DNA of 64,000 nt. It comes from Nitrososphaeria archaeon. Lineage in GTDB: Archaea; Thermoproteota; Nitrososphaeria; Geothermarchaeales; JDFR-13. The position numbers and the translations under genes are program-made. Positions within the stretch are counted from its first letter, which is position 1. Each line of letters begins with the position of its first letter. Below, piece after piece: positions 20,812-30,589 of this stretch. The notes under the pieces were generated by a model, which was given only the letters and a program-made list of their open reading frames with translations, did no database searches and was not told the DNA's origin. The stretch covers positions 1,078,611 through 1,142,610 of the forward strand of contig JALWXN010000004.1 of the NCBI GenBank assembly GCA_027078545.1. Direction: 5' to 3'.

Positions 20812-22374
20812 TTGAGGCGAAGGGTGGGACTCTCCACCAGGATAGTCGCTATAGCAGTAGTGATAGTGCTGGTGGTGGCCCTAGCAGGATACTTCCTACT
20901 ACAGCAGGAGGCACCAGTGGAGAGGGAGCTCAGGGTAGCGATAGGTATCGACATGGACACGGTAGACCCACATATGCAGACAACGACGCTGGTCTTCAAT
21001 ATTAACAGGCATATCTACGACACACTGGTATGGTTCAACGAGGAGGGCGAGATCATCCCATGGCTAGCCACCGAGTGGAGCATATCAAGAGACGGCCTAG
21101 AATACACCTTCAAGCTTAGGCAGGGCGTGAAGTTCAGCGACGGGACGGAGTTCGACGCCTACGACGTGAAGGCCAACATAGATAGGTGGCTAGACCCCAC
21201 GGTCAAGGTGCCCACAAGGAGCCAGCTAGGACCCGTGAAGGGAGCCGAGGTCATCGATAAGTACACCATCAAGATAATCCTTGAGGATGCATATGCACCC
21301 TTCCTAGCGGCCCTCGCCAACTACCTCATGATCACTAGCCAGGAGGCCATAGAGGAGTATGGTAACCAGTCGATCGACGAGCCGGTAGGGACGGGGCCAT
21401 ATGTACTCAAGAGCTGGGAGAAGGAGTCTGAGATAGTGCTGGAGGCCAACCCCAACTGGTGGGGGCCGGAGCTGAAGATCAAGAAGATAGTCTGGAAGAT
21501 CATCAAGGAGGCCGGGACCAGGGAGTCGGCCCTCCTAGCAGGGGATGTTGATGTAGCCTTCCTGCCACCAGCGGCTGACAAGGAGGCGTTGGAGAACAAC
21601 CCCGACGTGGATATCTACATACCCGTCACCAACAGGATACTCTTCGTAGGAATAATGCCGAGGGGTCCGCTGGAGAACAAGCTTGTGAGGCAGGCCCTGA
21701 ACTACGCTGTTGATAAGGAGGCTATAGTCAACGAGGTCCTCTTCGGCCTAGGGATACCCGCCGACGCACCTATACCGCCACACTTCTTCGGCTACGCCAA
21801 GATGGATCCATATGAGTATGACCCCGACAAGGCTAGGCAGCTCCTAGAGCAGGCAGGGTATGGAGACGGGCTCAGCCTAAAGATGATACATCCCACCGGT
21901 AGGTATCTACAGGATAAGGAGGTGGCCGAGGCTATACAGGCATATCTCAGCAGGGTGGGTATAGACGTCGAGCTGGAGACGATGGACTGGCCATCCTTCG
22001 TACAGAGGCTATTGAAGCCACTGGATGAGGTTGACTACGACCTAGTCCTAGTCGGCTGGGGACCAGGCGTGGCGGATGCACACTTCACACTCTACCCACA
22101 GTTCCACAGCAGCCAGATAATACCCAATGGACTAGGGATAGCTAGGTACAACAATAGTGAGGTCGACCAGCTCCTAGAGAGGGCTATGAGGGAGCTGGAC
22201 GAGGAGACCAGGAAGGATCTATACCGCCAGGCAATAGAGATCATCTGGGAGGACGCTCCATGGATCTTCCTATACACCCAGAGGAACCTACTAGCGGTCA
22301 ATAAGAACGTGAAGGGCGTCTTCATCCACCCAGGAGGAGAGATGTTCTTCTTCTACACCGCCTACTTCGAGTAG
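20812..22374 (+). CDS. dppA: Peptide ABC transporter substrate-binding protein (family 5)
   Basis: N-terminal TM anchor, LATEW...YTFKLRQGVKFSDG, PVGTGPY, VRQALNYAVD. Confidence 0.9.
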   Translation: MRRRVGLSTRIVAIAVVIVLVVALAGYFLLQQEAPVERELRVAIGIDMDTVDPHMQTTTLVFNINRHIYDTLVWFNEEGEIIPWLATEWSISRDGLEYTFKLRQGVKFSDGTEFDAYDVKANIDRWLDPTVKVPTRSQLGPVKGAEVIDKYTIKIILEDAYAPFLAALANYLMITSQEAIEEYGNQSIDEPVGTGPYVLKSWEKESEIVLEANPNWWGPELKIKKIVWKIIKEAGTRESALLAGDVDVAFLPPAADKEALENNPDVDIYIPVTNRILFVGIMPRGPLENKLVRQALNYAVDKEAIVNEVLFGLGIPADAPIPPHFFGYAKMDPYEYDPDKARQLLEQAGYGDGLSLKMIHPTGRYLQDKEVAEAIQAYLSRVGIDVELETMDWPSFVQRLLKPLDEVDYDLVLVGWGPGVADAHFTLYPQFHSSQIIPNGLGIARYNNSEVDQLLERAMRELDEETRKDLYRQAIEIIWEDAPWIFLYTQRNLLAVNKNVKGVFIHPGGEMFFFYTAYFE

Positions 22375-22395
22375 CCTTACCCACCCCTCCCACCT

Positions 22396-23145
22396 TTATA
22401 TCATCCTCCTTAGTAGCCTGTCTATCTCTACAAGGGCCTTCTCCGCACCCGTACCTATCCATACCGATGCGAGCTCGGTGAGCGCGGAGGGCTCTGGGTT
22501 AACCTCTACTATCCCAGCCCCCTTGGCATGGGCCTCCTCCACGAGTGATGCGGCTGGATATACCACTCCACTAGTCCCTATCACGAGGAGTGTATCTGCA
22601 CGGAGAACCTCTGTCAACGCCCGCCTCCAGACCGCCTGGTCGAGAGGCTCGCCGAACCATACAACGTCTGGGCGGAGGAGGCTATAGCAGTTCGGGCATA
22701 TTGGTGGTAGGCTCTCGAGGTCCAGGCTATCTATCTCGCCCCGGTACCAGCACCTCGTACATCTAAACCTGTGTAGGGAGCCGTGGAGCTCTATCACATC
22801 CTCTATACCTACACGTCTAAAGAGGCCGTCCACATTCTGTGTAATCACAGTCTTGACCAGGCCCCTACTCCACCAATCCCGTAGAACGTGGTAGCCTCTG
22901 TGGGGCTTAGCCCTCCTAACCTTCTCCAGCCTGGATAGGTACCACCTCCATACGAGCTCGGGGTTCCTCTGGAATCCCTGTGGAGTGGCCAGATCCTCCA
23001 GGCTATACCTGTCCCATAGGCCGGAGCCACCCCTGAAGACTGGTATACCCGAGTCGGCACTCATCCCGGCGCCTGTGAAGACGACTAGGTATCTCGACCC
23101 GGCTATATACTCAGCCGCCCTAGCTATCTCCTCCATCACCCACAA
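22396..23145 (-). CDS. cobB: Sirtuin NAD-dependent protein deacylase
   Basis: GAGMSADSGIP.FRG, TQNVDGL, ELHG, CxxC...CxxC, RPDVVWFGE, IGTSG. Confidence 0.92.
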   Translation of the reverse strand: MWVMEEIARAAEYIAGSRYLVVFTGAGMSADSGIPVFRGGSGLWDRYSLEDLATPQGFQRNPELVWRWYLSRLEKVRRAKPHRGYHVLRDWWSRGLVKTVITQNVDGLFRRVGIEDVIELHGSLHRFRCTRCWYRGEIDSLDLESLPPICPNCYSLLRPDVVWFGEPLDQAVWRRALTEVLRADTLLVIGTSGVVYPAASLVEEAHAKGAGIVEVNPEPSALTELASVWIGTGAEKALVEIDRLLRRMI

Positions 23146-23983
23146 CCTCTATAGCGTCTATGCTCTCCAGGACAGACTCCTTATCACTCCCCACCAGCAT
23201 AAACTTGTTGGCGTGGTAGAATACTAGGCTCCCCCTCTCCCTAAGCTTCTCCGCCACCTTGTCCAGGCTGATCATGTCCTGATACCTCGATAGCTTGATA
23301 ACGCTGTACTGCTCAGGGTTCCTACTACTCGGCTGGATAATAACCTGCACATCCCCCCGCCTATTCATCACCTCATAGGGAGGGACAGCCCTGTCGAGCA
23401 CCAGTATCTTCACCCCGTTAATAGTCATCTCGACGGCGTTCTCAAGCGCCTCTGCTATCTCCCTCTCCTCCTCAACCCTCTCCCTTAGATAGTTGTAGAA
23501 CCTCCTCCCCAACCACCTCAAAACCTGGTACTCCTCATCCCCAGGTGATATGTACTGGATATTTGCGAACCACCTCGTGTATACCCTCTCGAAGAAGAGT
23601 GTCTCGCTAGGTATCTCCACACCTATCGCCCTATGAAGCCCGAAACGATCCCTCACATCGATAAACCTCATCTCCGGGAGATCCAGGGCATCCACCAGCT
23701 CTGGGAAGTGGTGCTTAACGACTAGTACTAGGCTACATGGGATCTCTATGTCCTGGTGATGGTCAAGTAGGTATGGGGGCTCATACCTCCGCCCGATATC
23801 GAGGTATATAGTCTTATCCTCAAACCCCTCCACACTGATGACACGCTCCACTGGGGCGCCATACTTATATGTAAGTAGGGCTGTACCCAGTAGGTCATCC
23901 ATATGGGCATTCCCACCATGTGTAACTATCTTCCTAACCCTTAGAGACGTCTCCACACTACCCACCACGCAGCCACTACCCAT
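23120..23983 (-). CDS. MYG1-like DHH-superfamily hydrolase
   Basis: VTHGGNAHMDD, LDIG, LDHHQ, FYH motifs. Confidence 0.75.
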   Translation of the reverse strand: MGSGCVVGSVETSLRVRKIVTHGGNAHMDDLLGTALLTYKYGAPVERVISVEGFEDKTIYLDIGRRYEPPYLLDHHQDIEIPCSLVLVVKHHFPELVDALDLPEMRFIDVRDRFGLHRAIGVEIPSETLFFERVYTRWFANIQYISPGDEEYQVLRWLGRRFYNYLRERVEEEREIAEALENAVEMTINGVKILVLDRAVPPYEVMNRRGDVQVIIQPSSRNPEQYSVIKLSRYQDMISLDKVAEKLRERGSLVFYHANKFMLVGSDKESVLESIDAIEVVGDGGDS

Positions 23984-24035
23984 CTAGATAGGGCTGGGAC
24001 ACGATATATCTATCCCCAGCGATATATAGGGATAT

Positions 24036-24581
24036 ATGATTAGGATAGGCTTCGCCGCATACAGCGGCGACCCCACCCACCGGGACATCGAGAACGCCAG
24101 GCAGCTCGTCACGACTCTATACAGGGAGGTCGACTTCAACAGGGTGGCCTTCCTCCTAGGCGGGTACTGGGGCCTCATGAGGGTCTTGGTGGACGAGCTG
24201 TTACAGCACGGCGGGAGGGTGGTCCTCTTCCCCCCACTGGAGCTGGAGAAGCTCGAGTATCCCGAGGGGGCGATAGTTCTACGCCTAGGCCTCTCCATGA
24301 GGGCTAGGAGCATCCCCCTCGTGAGGAGCTCCGACGTATTCATAGTCATGGGTGGTGAGGGGGGCTCGATACTAGAGCTCGTCACCAGCTACGACGAGGG
24401 GATACCCACATACCTACTCACCGAGACGGGACACTCCACCGATAAGATGTCCTTCCTAACACCATACCTCGACAGGAGGAGGACTGTGGAGATCAAGGTC
24501 TTCAACGACCCTGTACAGCTGGCCGAGGACCTGATACAGAACCATCTACAGGGCGTCCTGAGGAGCGGGGCAACTAAGTAG
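24036..24581 (+). CDS. LOG/SLOG family protein
   Basis: GGYWGLM, RSIPLVRSSD, GGEGGSILE. Confidence 0.8.
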   Translation: MIRIGFAAYSGDPTHRDIENARQLVTTLYREVDFNRVAFLLGGYWGLMRVLVDELLQHGGRVVLFPPLELEKLEYPEGAIVLRLGLSMRARSIPLVRSSDVFIVMGGEGGSILELVTSYDEGIPTYLLTETGHSTDKMSFLTPYLDRRRTVEIKVFNDPVQLAEDLIQNHLQGVLRSGATK

Positions 24582-24613
24582 GGTTCCATAGGTAGAAAGG
24601 GGGAGGTGTGGGG

Positions 24614-25573
24614 CTACCTACCCATCCTAATGACTAGGTATGCCACTGGGATGGCTAGGAGAATGATTATCAGGTAGGTCAGCGGAGTATTGACCAATCC
24701 ATCCATCCCCTCCACACCAGTATCAGTACCAACAGCCTCTTCTGTGACCCTCTGGGCTGTGGTGTCCCCCGAGGATTCGGGCGAGGCTTCAGGAGACATC
24801 TCCTTATTGGATATCCACTCCTCATATGGCGAGAGAGGGAGCGGCTCGATCTCTGACTTATTAAAGGCTATGACTAGTGGATAGTCCCCAGGTATCGCCT
24901 CCCTCACATATGCAGCGAAGGCCTTGATATCCTCCATGCTCGGCTGTATATCACCCTGTATAACTATGAGGAGGGTCATCTCCAGCCCGATCCTTATAGA
25001 TGCGTGGAGACCCAGGAAGGTATCGATCTTACCATACCTTGAGAAGATCTCGACCGCCATATCATCTATCCTTTCTATAACGCTATCCTCACCAGGCTGA
25101 GTAGGGCTGAGCACATCCCTTAGATACTCCACAGTCGACATGCTACCAAGCGTCGCATATACCTCCACCCTCTCAACACACCGGGGCAGGCTACTCACAA
25201 CCCGGCCCACCAGATCCTTCTCCAGCCCACCCCATACCACGGAGATCTCCAGCACTCCAGAGCCGTTATTAAAGCTGACTTTCACCGTCCAGGGGAGGCT
25301 ATCTAATATATGCCCCTCGATATCCTCTGGGCTACAGGGACTATCCTCGCCTCCAACCCTAGGAACCATGTATTCATCGGTCAGGCTATAGATATTCTCG
25401 CGGCCAAAGAGGATGTAGACATCACCATCAACATATGTATAGACGTCATAGTCTACAGGCTCATAGATCCTGATAATAACCATATCCTCCTGGGCCCCTA
25501 CAACCTGTGTAGACCACCCGGGGGAGATGAGGAGGAGAGCCATCGATATGAGAAGGAGGAGTAGACTCCTCAT
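24614..25573 (-). CDS. Hypothetical surface protein (signal peptide, C-terminal TM anchor)
   Basis: Hydrophobic N-terminus, S/T/E-rich linker, C-terminal TM helix with basic tail. Confidence 0.6.
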   Translation of the reverse strand: MRSLLLLLISMALLLISPGWSTQVVGAQEDMVIIRIYEPVDYDVYTYVDGDVYILFGRENIYSLTDEYMVPRVGGEDSPCSPEDIEGHILDSLPWTVKVSFNNGSGVLEISVVWGGLEKDLVGRVVSSLPRCVERVEVYATLGSMSTVEYLRDVLSPTQPGEDSVIERIDDMAVEIFSRYGKIDTFLGLHASIRIGLEMTLLIVIQGDIQPSMEDIKAFAAYVREAIPGDYPLVIAFNKSEIEPLPLSPYEEWISNKEMSPEASPESSGDTTAQRVTEEAVGTDTGVEGMDGLVNTPLTYLIIILLAIPVAYLVIRMGR

Positions 25574-25768
25574 ATAATCACCCCCGCTAGGATTGGGCCA
25601 CGGTATTCTCCACTCCCTATCAATAACGGCGTTCTTATATCCCTCTTCAAGACGATCTCCTAATAATTTCTCGCTCCGTAAGGGTATATGTAGATATATA
25701 TATCTGACCCCCTGGAGGGGGGCGGTATAACTATATTCTCTATATTTTGCTTAGGGGCTTGTCGATGG

Positions 25769-26662
25769 CTATTTAAATACTGTCCCCGTCTCCATCGCCC
25801 ATAGTAGGAGGTCGAGCTCTGCTGGGAGCATCCCCAGGTATCTAGCCAGCCATCGGAACCGGGTCTCCAGCTCGATATACCTCCTCCTCGATAGGCTCTT
25901 GGGGTAGCTGTTTATCAGCCTGAGCCGGGCCATCCACCTAAGGATATGCCTGTCTAGTATTGCTAGGTGTAGACCCCTCCCTATGTTCCGGAGGAAGTGG
26001 CTAGCCTCCTTATATCCGAGGCCCTTCACACCCCTGACGAGCATCTCCCTAGCCTCTAGGGGGTCTTCTATGCTGAGTATCTCACCTAGATATCCCTCCA
26101 TGTATAGCCTCCTAGCCCCCACTATGTATTGGGACTTCTTCCTCCAGAATCTACATCCCCTGATCACCCTGCCTATGTCTCCCGGCCCACCGCTGTATAG
26201 TGTTCCTGAGAGGTGGAGCTCCTTCACCTTCTCCCAGCACCTTATGGCGGGGCTCATAGGGGTGAGTAGGCAGAAGACCAGCTCGAGGAATATCCTCTCA
26301 TCCCCACACCTACCCACCTCCCTGAAGCTCTTGATGGCCCTCTCTATATCGCCTCTATACCTCTGATAAGCGTCCCAGACAGCCTCTAGGGAGCCGCCTG
26401 AGACGTAGGTGAAGAGCTTCACCTTGGAGCCGGGCTCCACCACCGTGTCTAGGCCGCTGTCCAGCATCACGTTCCTACCATCGACCAGTATCCCGTAGCC
26501 AACACCCTCCCTCTCCAGCTCCTCCATAAGCCTCTTGAGCCCGGGTATGGATGAGATTATCGTTGATAGGGGCTCCGCATCCTCTATCTCCAGCCTTATA
26601 TAGTCCCTCCCAAGCCTAGTCCTGAAGACGCCGTATAGTAGGATCTCCACCTCCCGGGGCAT
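25769..26662 (-). CDS. ogg: Fusion of ubiquitin-like MoaD/SAMP domain (aa 1-90, ending VSGG) and Ogg2 8-oxoguanine DNA glycosylase/AP lyase
   Basis: LYGVFR...ILVDGRNV...GLDT.V..G..V.LF..VSGG, then ELVFCLLT, RF, GLGYKEASHFLRN, AILDRH and C-terminal K; no stop codon at the junction. Confidence 0.88.
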   Translation of the reverse strand: MPREVEILLYGVFRTRLGRDYIRLEIEDAEPLSTIISSIPGLKRLMEELEREGVGYGILVDGRNVMLDSGLDTVVEPGSKVKLFTYVSGGSLEAVWDAYQRYRGDIERAIKSFREVGRCGDERIFLELVFCLLTPMSPAIRCWEKVKELHLSGTLYSGGPGDIGRVIRGCRFWRKKSQYIVGARRLYMEGYLGEILSIEDPLEAREMLVRGVKGLGYKEASHFLRNIGRGLHLAILDRHILRWMARLRLINSYPKSLSRRRYIELETRFRWLARYLGMLPAELDLLLWAMETGTVFK

Positions 26663-26698
26663 GGCTATCCAGGTTGATAAATAGGTTTGGGTGGGGGT

Positions 26699-28690
26699 CT
26701 ACTCCCCCTTGAACCTCGGCTTCCTCTTCTCCAGGAAGGCCGATACACCCTCTATGAAGTCCTCCGTGGAGAAGGTTAGGCCGAAGAAGCCGGACTCTAT
26801 CGCCTCTCCATGCCATAGATCCGTCTCTAGGCCTAGCTGTATCGAGTATTTAGCCGCTAGGAGCGCGAGTGGAGGCTTCTCAGCTAGTTTGAGGGCGAAG
26901 CTACGGGTATATTCCTCGAGCCTCTCAGGTGGGACCACCTTGTCAACCATCCCCATCTCAAGCGCCTCGTAGGCGTTGTACATATCGCCTGTATAGATCA
27001 CCTCCTTAGCCTTTGACGGCCCTATCAGCCTAGCAAGCCTCTGCGTACCCGCGGCCCCAGGGATTATCCCAAGGTTTATCTCCGGCTGCCCCACAACGGC
27101 TAGTTCACTGGCTATGCGGAAGTCACCAGCCAGGGCCAGCTCCATACCTCCGCCCAGGGCGAAGCCATTTATCATGATTATGACAGGCTTCGTGAAGTAC
27201 TCTATCTTGTTTGTCAGCTCCTGGAAACGCCTTGAGAATATTGCGGCCTTGAAGGGTGTGACACCGACGAAGCTATTGACATCTGCACCGGCGCTGAAGG
27301 CCCTACCCATACCTGTCAGTATCACCACCCTGATATCATCCATCTCCTCGATCCTGTTCAGAGCCTTGGAGAGCTCCTCTAGTAGCTTTGGCGAGAGTGC
27401 GTTGAGCTTGTCCGGCCTATTCAGTATTATCCATGCTAGGGGCTTCTCAAACCTTATTATCAGGGTGTCCATCCGCTCCTCCTCATAGCTTGGATACTTG
27501 TAGAAGCCCTCGCCACTCCTAACGCCTAGGAGGCCCTTACCAACCATCTCCCTCAGAAGCTGATCAGGCTCGAACATCTTCAGGCCTGAGGCGCTGTACA
27601 TATGCTCCAACGCCTTCACCACATTGTCGAGGCCATACTCGTCGCCATACCTCAGTATACCCTTGGGGTAGCCCAGGCCTAGGACCGTGGCCTTATCAAT
27701 ATCATATTTAGACGCGATCCCCTCCCTAACCAGGTATGCAGCCTCGTTCACAGCTGGGGCTATAAGCATCACCGGGTTCAGATCCTCAGCCGCGTCCCTA
27801 GGTATCTCAGGCTTCACATACTTCCCAGGAGATGGGTACTGGTAGAAGCCCTCCCCACTCTTGACGCCATACTTACCCTCCCTATACTTCTCCTCGAAGA
27901 GTCCGCAGCTATATACCTCGGTACCCCTCTCGATCATCGCCTTAGCGACGAGGTAGAAGACGTCTATACCGCTATAGTCGGCCAGCTCGAAGACCCCCAT
28001 CGGGAAGCCAAGCTTATACCTAGCCACGGCGTCGACAGCCTCTATAGAGGCGTTCCCACTCTCAACTAGCCAGCAGGAAGCCGCCATGAGCTTGAGCAGG
28101 ATCCTGTTGACTATGAAGCCTGGGACATCCCTCTTAACAAGGACCGTCTGCTTACCAAACCTCTTCGCTAGGTCCTCGGTGATCTTGACGGTTAGGCTAC
28201 TCGTCTTCTCCCCCCGTATCACCTCGACCAGCGGCATCAATGGGGGTGGGTTGAAGAAGTGCATACCAACAACCTTCTCAGGCCTCTTGGTAGCCTCTGC
28301 AATCTCGCTTATAGGGAGGCTACTCGTATTGGTAGCCAGGACAGCGTGCCCAGGGGCTAGCTCATCAACCTTAGAGAACACCTCCCGCTTAAGCTCGATC
28401 TTCTCAGGTATAGCCTCTATGACGAAGTCGGCATCCCCCACCGCCTCGGCAAGATCCAGCGTTGGGTGTATCCTAGCCATGATAGTATCAACATCCTCCC
28501 TCAACATCCTCTTAGAGACCAGCTTCTCAACACTCCACCTTATCCTCCCCAGAGCATTGTCGAGGAACTCCTGCTTAATATCGTATAGATAGACCTGGTA
28601 CCCCGAGTACGCAGCCACCTCCGCAATCCCATGGCCCATCGTACCCGCTCCGAGGACGGCTATAACCCTTATGTCATCCACGGCCCCCAT
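26699..28690 (-). CDS. 3-hydroxyacyl-CoA dehydrogenase/enoyl-CoA hydratase fusion
   Basis: GAGTMGHG, NTSS, HFFNP, GFIVNR; C-terminal crotonase (FSAGAD, GGGMEL, PEINLG). Confidence 0.93.
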   Translation of the reverse strand: MGAVDDIRVIAVLGAGTMGHGIAEVAAYSGYQVYLYDIKQEFLDNALGRIRWSVEKLVSKRMLREDVDTIMARIHPTLDLAEAVGDADFVIEAIPEKIELKREVFSKVDELAPGHAVLATNTSSLPISEIAEATKRPEKVVGMHFFNPPPLMPLVEVIRGEKTSSLTVKITEDLAKRFGKQTVLVKRDVPGFIVNRILLKLMAASCWLVESGNASIEAVDAVARYKLGFPMGVFELADYSGIDVFYLVAKAMIERGTEVYSCGLFEEKYREGKYGVKSGEGFYQYPSPGKYVKPEIPRDAAEDLNPVMLIAPAVNEAAYLVREGIASKYDIDKATVLGLGYPKGILRYGDEYGLDNVVKALEHMYSASGLKMFEPDQLLREMVGKGLLGVRSGEGFYKYPSYEEERMDTLIIRFEKPLAWIILNRPDKLNALSPKLLEELSKALNRIEEMDDIRVVILTGMGRAFSAGADVNSFVGVTPFKAAIFSRRFQELTNKIEYFTKPVIIMINGFALGGGMELALAGDFRIASELAVVGQPEINLGIIPGAAGTQRLARLIGPSKAKEVIYTGDMYNAYEALEMGMVDKVVPPERLEEYTRSFALKLAEKPPLALLAAKYSIQLGLETDLWHGEAIESGFFGLTFSTEDFIEGVSAFLEKRKPRFKGE

Positions 28691-28700
28691 CTCTACCACC

Positions 28701-29915
28701 CTATAGGCTGAGGACATCTATCCCAAAGCTCTTCTTCAGGAGCTGCCTGATCGTCGTGAGCCTCTGGATATCGTTGGTACCCTCGTAGATCGTGGTGATT
28801 ATAGAGTCCCTCAGGAAGTGCTCCACACCGGTCTCCTTATCAACCCCTACGCCTCCATGGACCTTTATAGCCAGGGCGGAGACCTTCTCAGCCACCTCAG
28901 TGGCATATGTCTTCGCCATCGAGGCGGCGAATACATACTCCTCCCTACCCTGGTCAGCAAGGTTGGCGGCCCAGTATGTGAGGAGCCTAGCCGTCTGGAT
29001 CATGGTAAGCATATCCGCCAGCTTGAAGCTGACTGCCTGGAAGGATATTATCTGTCTCCCGAAGGCCTGCCTCTGAAGACTATAGTTGAAGGCCTTCTCA
29101 AACGCCCCCTGGGCTATACCCACAGCCTGGGCAGCTATACCAACCCTGCTATGGTCATAAGTGGCTAGGAGCATCTTGAAGCCCTCGTTCTCAGGCGGTA
29201 TCAGGTTCTCCTCAGGCACCTCCACATTGTCCAGTATAACCTCGCTGGGATGCTCACCATCGAGGCCCATGACGTCGAACCTACTACCCACCTCCACACC
29301 CGGCCAGTCACGCTCCACGATGAAGAGCGAGATACCCCACCACCTCTTCCTACGCTCCTCAGGCGGCGGGCTTGTCCTAGCCGACACTACGAAGTAGTCC
29401 GCCTTATCCGCACCAGTGATGAAGATCTTCCTACCGTTGATGATGTACTTATCACCCTCCTTACGGGCCGTCGTCTGGATACCGGCCACGTCGCTACCCG
29501 CTGCTGGCTCGGTATTGGCGTGGGCAGCGAACTTCTCACCCCTAGCCACAGGCGGGATATACTTCTTTTTCTGCTCCTCAGTGCCGAAGGTCATCACTGG
29601 GTATGTGAAGAGACCGTTTACGAGGAGGCCTGTACCGAAGGCTGGGAGGACCCTGGAGATCTCCTCCATCAGTATAACGAGGTACATCGAGCCTCCTCCC
29701 TGGCCACCCAGCTCCTCCGGGATCCCTATGCCTGTGAAGCCCATCTCGACAGCCTTCCTATACAGCTCCTCGGGTATGACGCCCTCCTTAACCACCTTAA
29801 CAGCTATCGGCTCTATCTCACGCTCGACGAACTCCCTGACACTAGCCCTGAAAATCTCCAGCTCGTCATCGATCTCGATGGAGTAGTCCTTGACACTGGT
29901 GAAGGGGAACACCAT
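28701..29915 (-). CDS. Acyl-CoA dehydrogenase
   Basis: TEPAAGSD, NGRKIFIT, RQAFG, HGGVG, IYEGTNDIQR; start taken at MVFPF. Confidence 0.93.
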   Translation of the reverse strand: MVFPFTSVKDYSIEIDDELEIFRASVREFVEREIEPIAVKVVKEGVIPEELYRKAVEMGFTGIGIPEELGGQGGGSMYLVILMEEISRVLPAFGTGLLVNGLFTYPVMTFGTEEQKKKYIPPVARGEKFAAHANTEPAAGSDVAGIQTTARKEGDKYIINGRKIFITGADKADYFVVSARTSPPPEERRKRWWGISLFIVERDWPGVEVGSRFDVMGLDGEHPSEVILDNVEVPEENLIPPENEGFKMLLATYDHSRVGIAAQAVGIAQGAFEKAFNYSLQRQAFGRQIISFQAVSFKLADMLTMIQTARLLTYWAANLADQGREEYVFAASMAKTYATEVAEKVSALAIKVHGGVGVDKETGVEHFLRDSIITTIYEGTNDIQRLTTIRQLLKKSFGIDVLSL

Positions 29916-30022
29916 GTCAACCACACTAGTATAATCCCGGTAGGTGTAAAAAATAGGGGGATTATAACTGGCGGAGAGGCTAATGGGGAAGGAAGATATA
30001 AAGTGTTGGGGGGTATGCCCGG

Positions 30023-30589
30023 CTACTCCTCGGCCGGGACCCACTCATAGGTTATATAGTTCTCCGGCTTCCTCCTCACGATCTCCAGCCGCATCTTCAT
30101 ACCTATCCGGAGCTTCGACGGGTCGTCAGCCCTTATCCAAGCCGTGACATTGATCCCCTCAGGGAGCCTGACAATACCGACGATATAGTCGTCGTAGTGG
30201 CTGAAGCTATAGGGCTTCACATTGATCTGTGTATAGGTGAGGAGCTCACCCTCCCTCGAGAGCTCAACCCACTCCATATCACTCTTCCTACACTTGGGGC
30301 AGTCCTTCTGGGGCGGGAAGTAGAGCTCCCCACAGGACCTACACTTGGTGGTGACGAACTTACCATCTATAAGCTTGTCGAAGAACTCCTTGATACCCTC
30401 CACGCTTATGACGAACCGCGTAGTTATCCACCTCTGGTCATACCACTGTAGAGCCCCACTCTTCATGTCTGGGAATGTGGGTAGGCCCAGGCTATCCTTC
30501 ATACTCTCTACGAACTCCTCAAACTCCTTCATCTGCTTATCGAAGAGCTCCCTCTGACTAACCTTCTCCTCCCTACTCATACCACTCAC
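30023..30589 (-). CDS. DUF35 Zn-ribbon/OB-fold acyl-CoA-binding protein
   Basis: CRSCG..YFPP..DCPKC followed by OB fold; 4-nt overlap with the thiolase gene. Confidence 0.88.
   Translation of the reverse strand: MSGMSREEKVSQRELFDKQMKEFEEFVESMKDSLGLPTFPDMKSGALQWYDQRWITTRFVISVEGIKEFFDKLIDGKFVTTKCRSCGELYFPPQKDCPKCRKSDMEWVELSREGELLTYTQINVKPYSFSHYDDYIVGIVRLPEGINVTAWIRADDPSKLRIGMKMRLEIVRRKPENYITYEWVPAEE

Noticed and set aside
7042-23145. Sir2-HerA antiviral defence system
   Set aside because: The genes are about 13 kb apart, HerA belongs to the nurA-mre11-rad50 operon and the sirtuin is a canonical Zn-binding CobB type.
25574-25768. In-frame upstream extension of ORF 24614-25573 and an AT palindrome (AGATATATATATCT)
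   Set aside because: The extension has no start codon and the signal peptide starts at 25573; the palindrome is low-complexity TATA-like sequence.
26380-26400. Separate moaD and ogg genes merged by the ORF caller
   Set aside because: There is no in-frame stop after GG and no plausible start codon for ogg near the junction. An assembly error cannot be excluded without reads.
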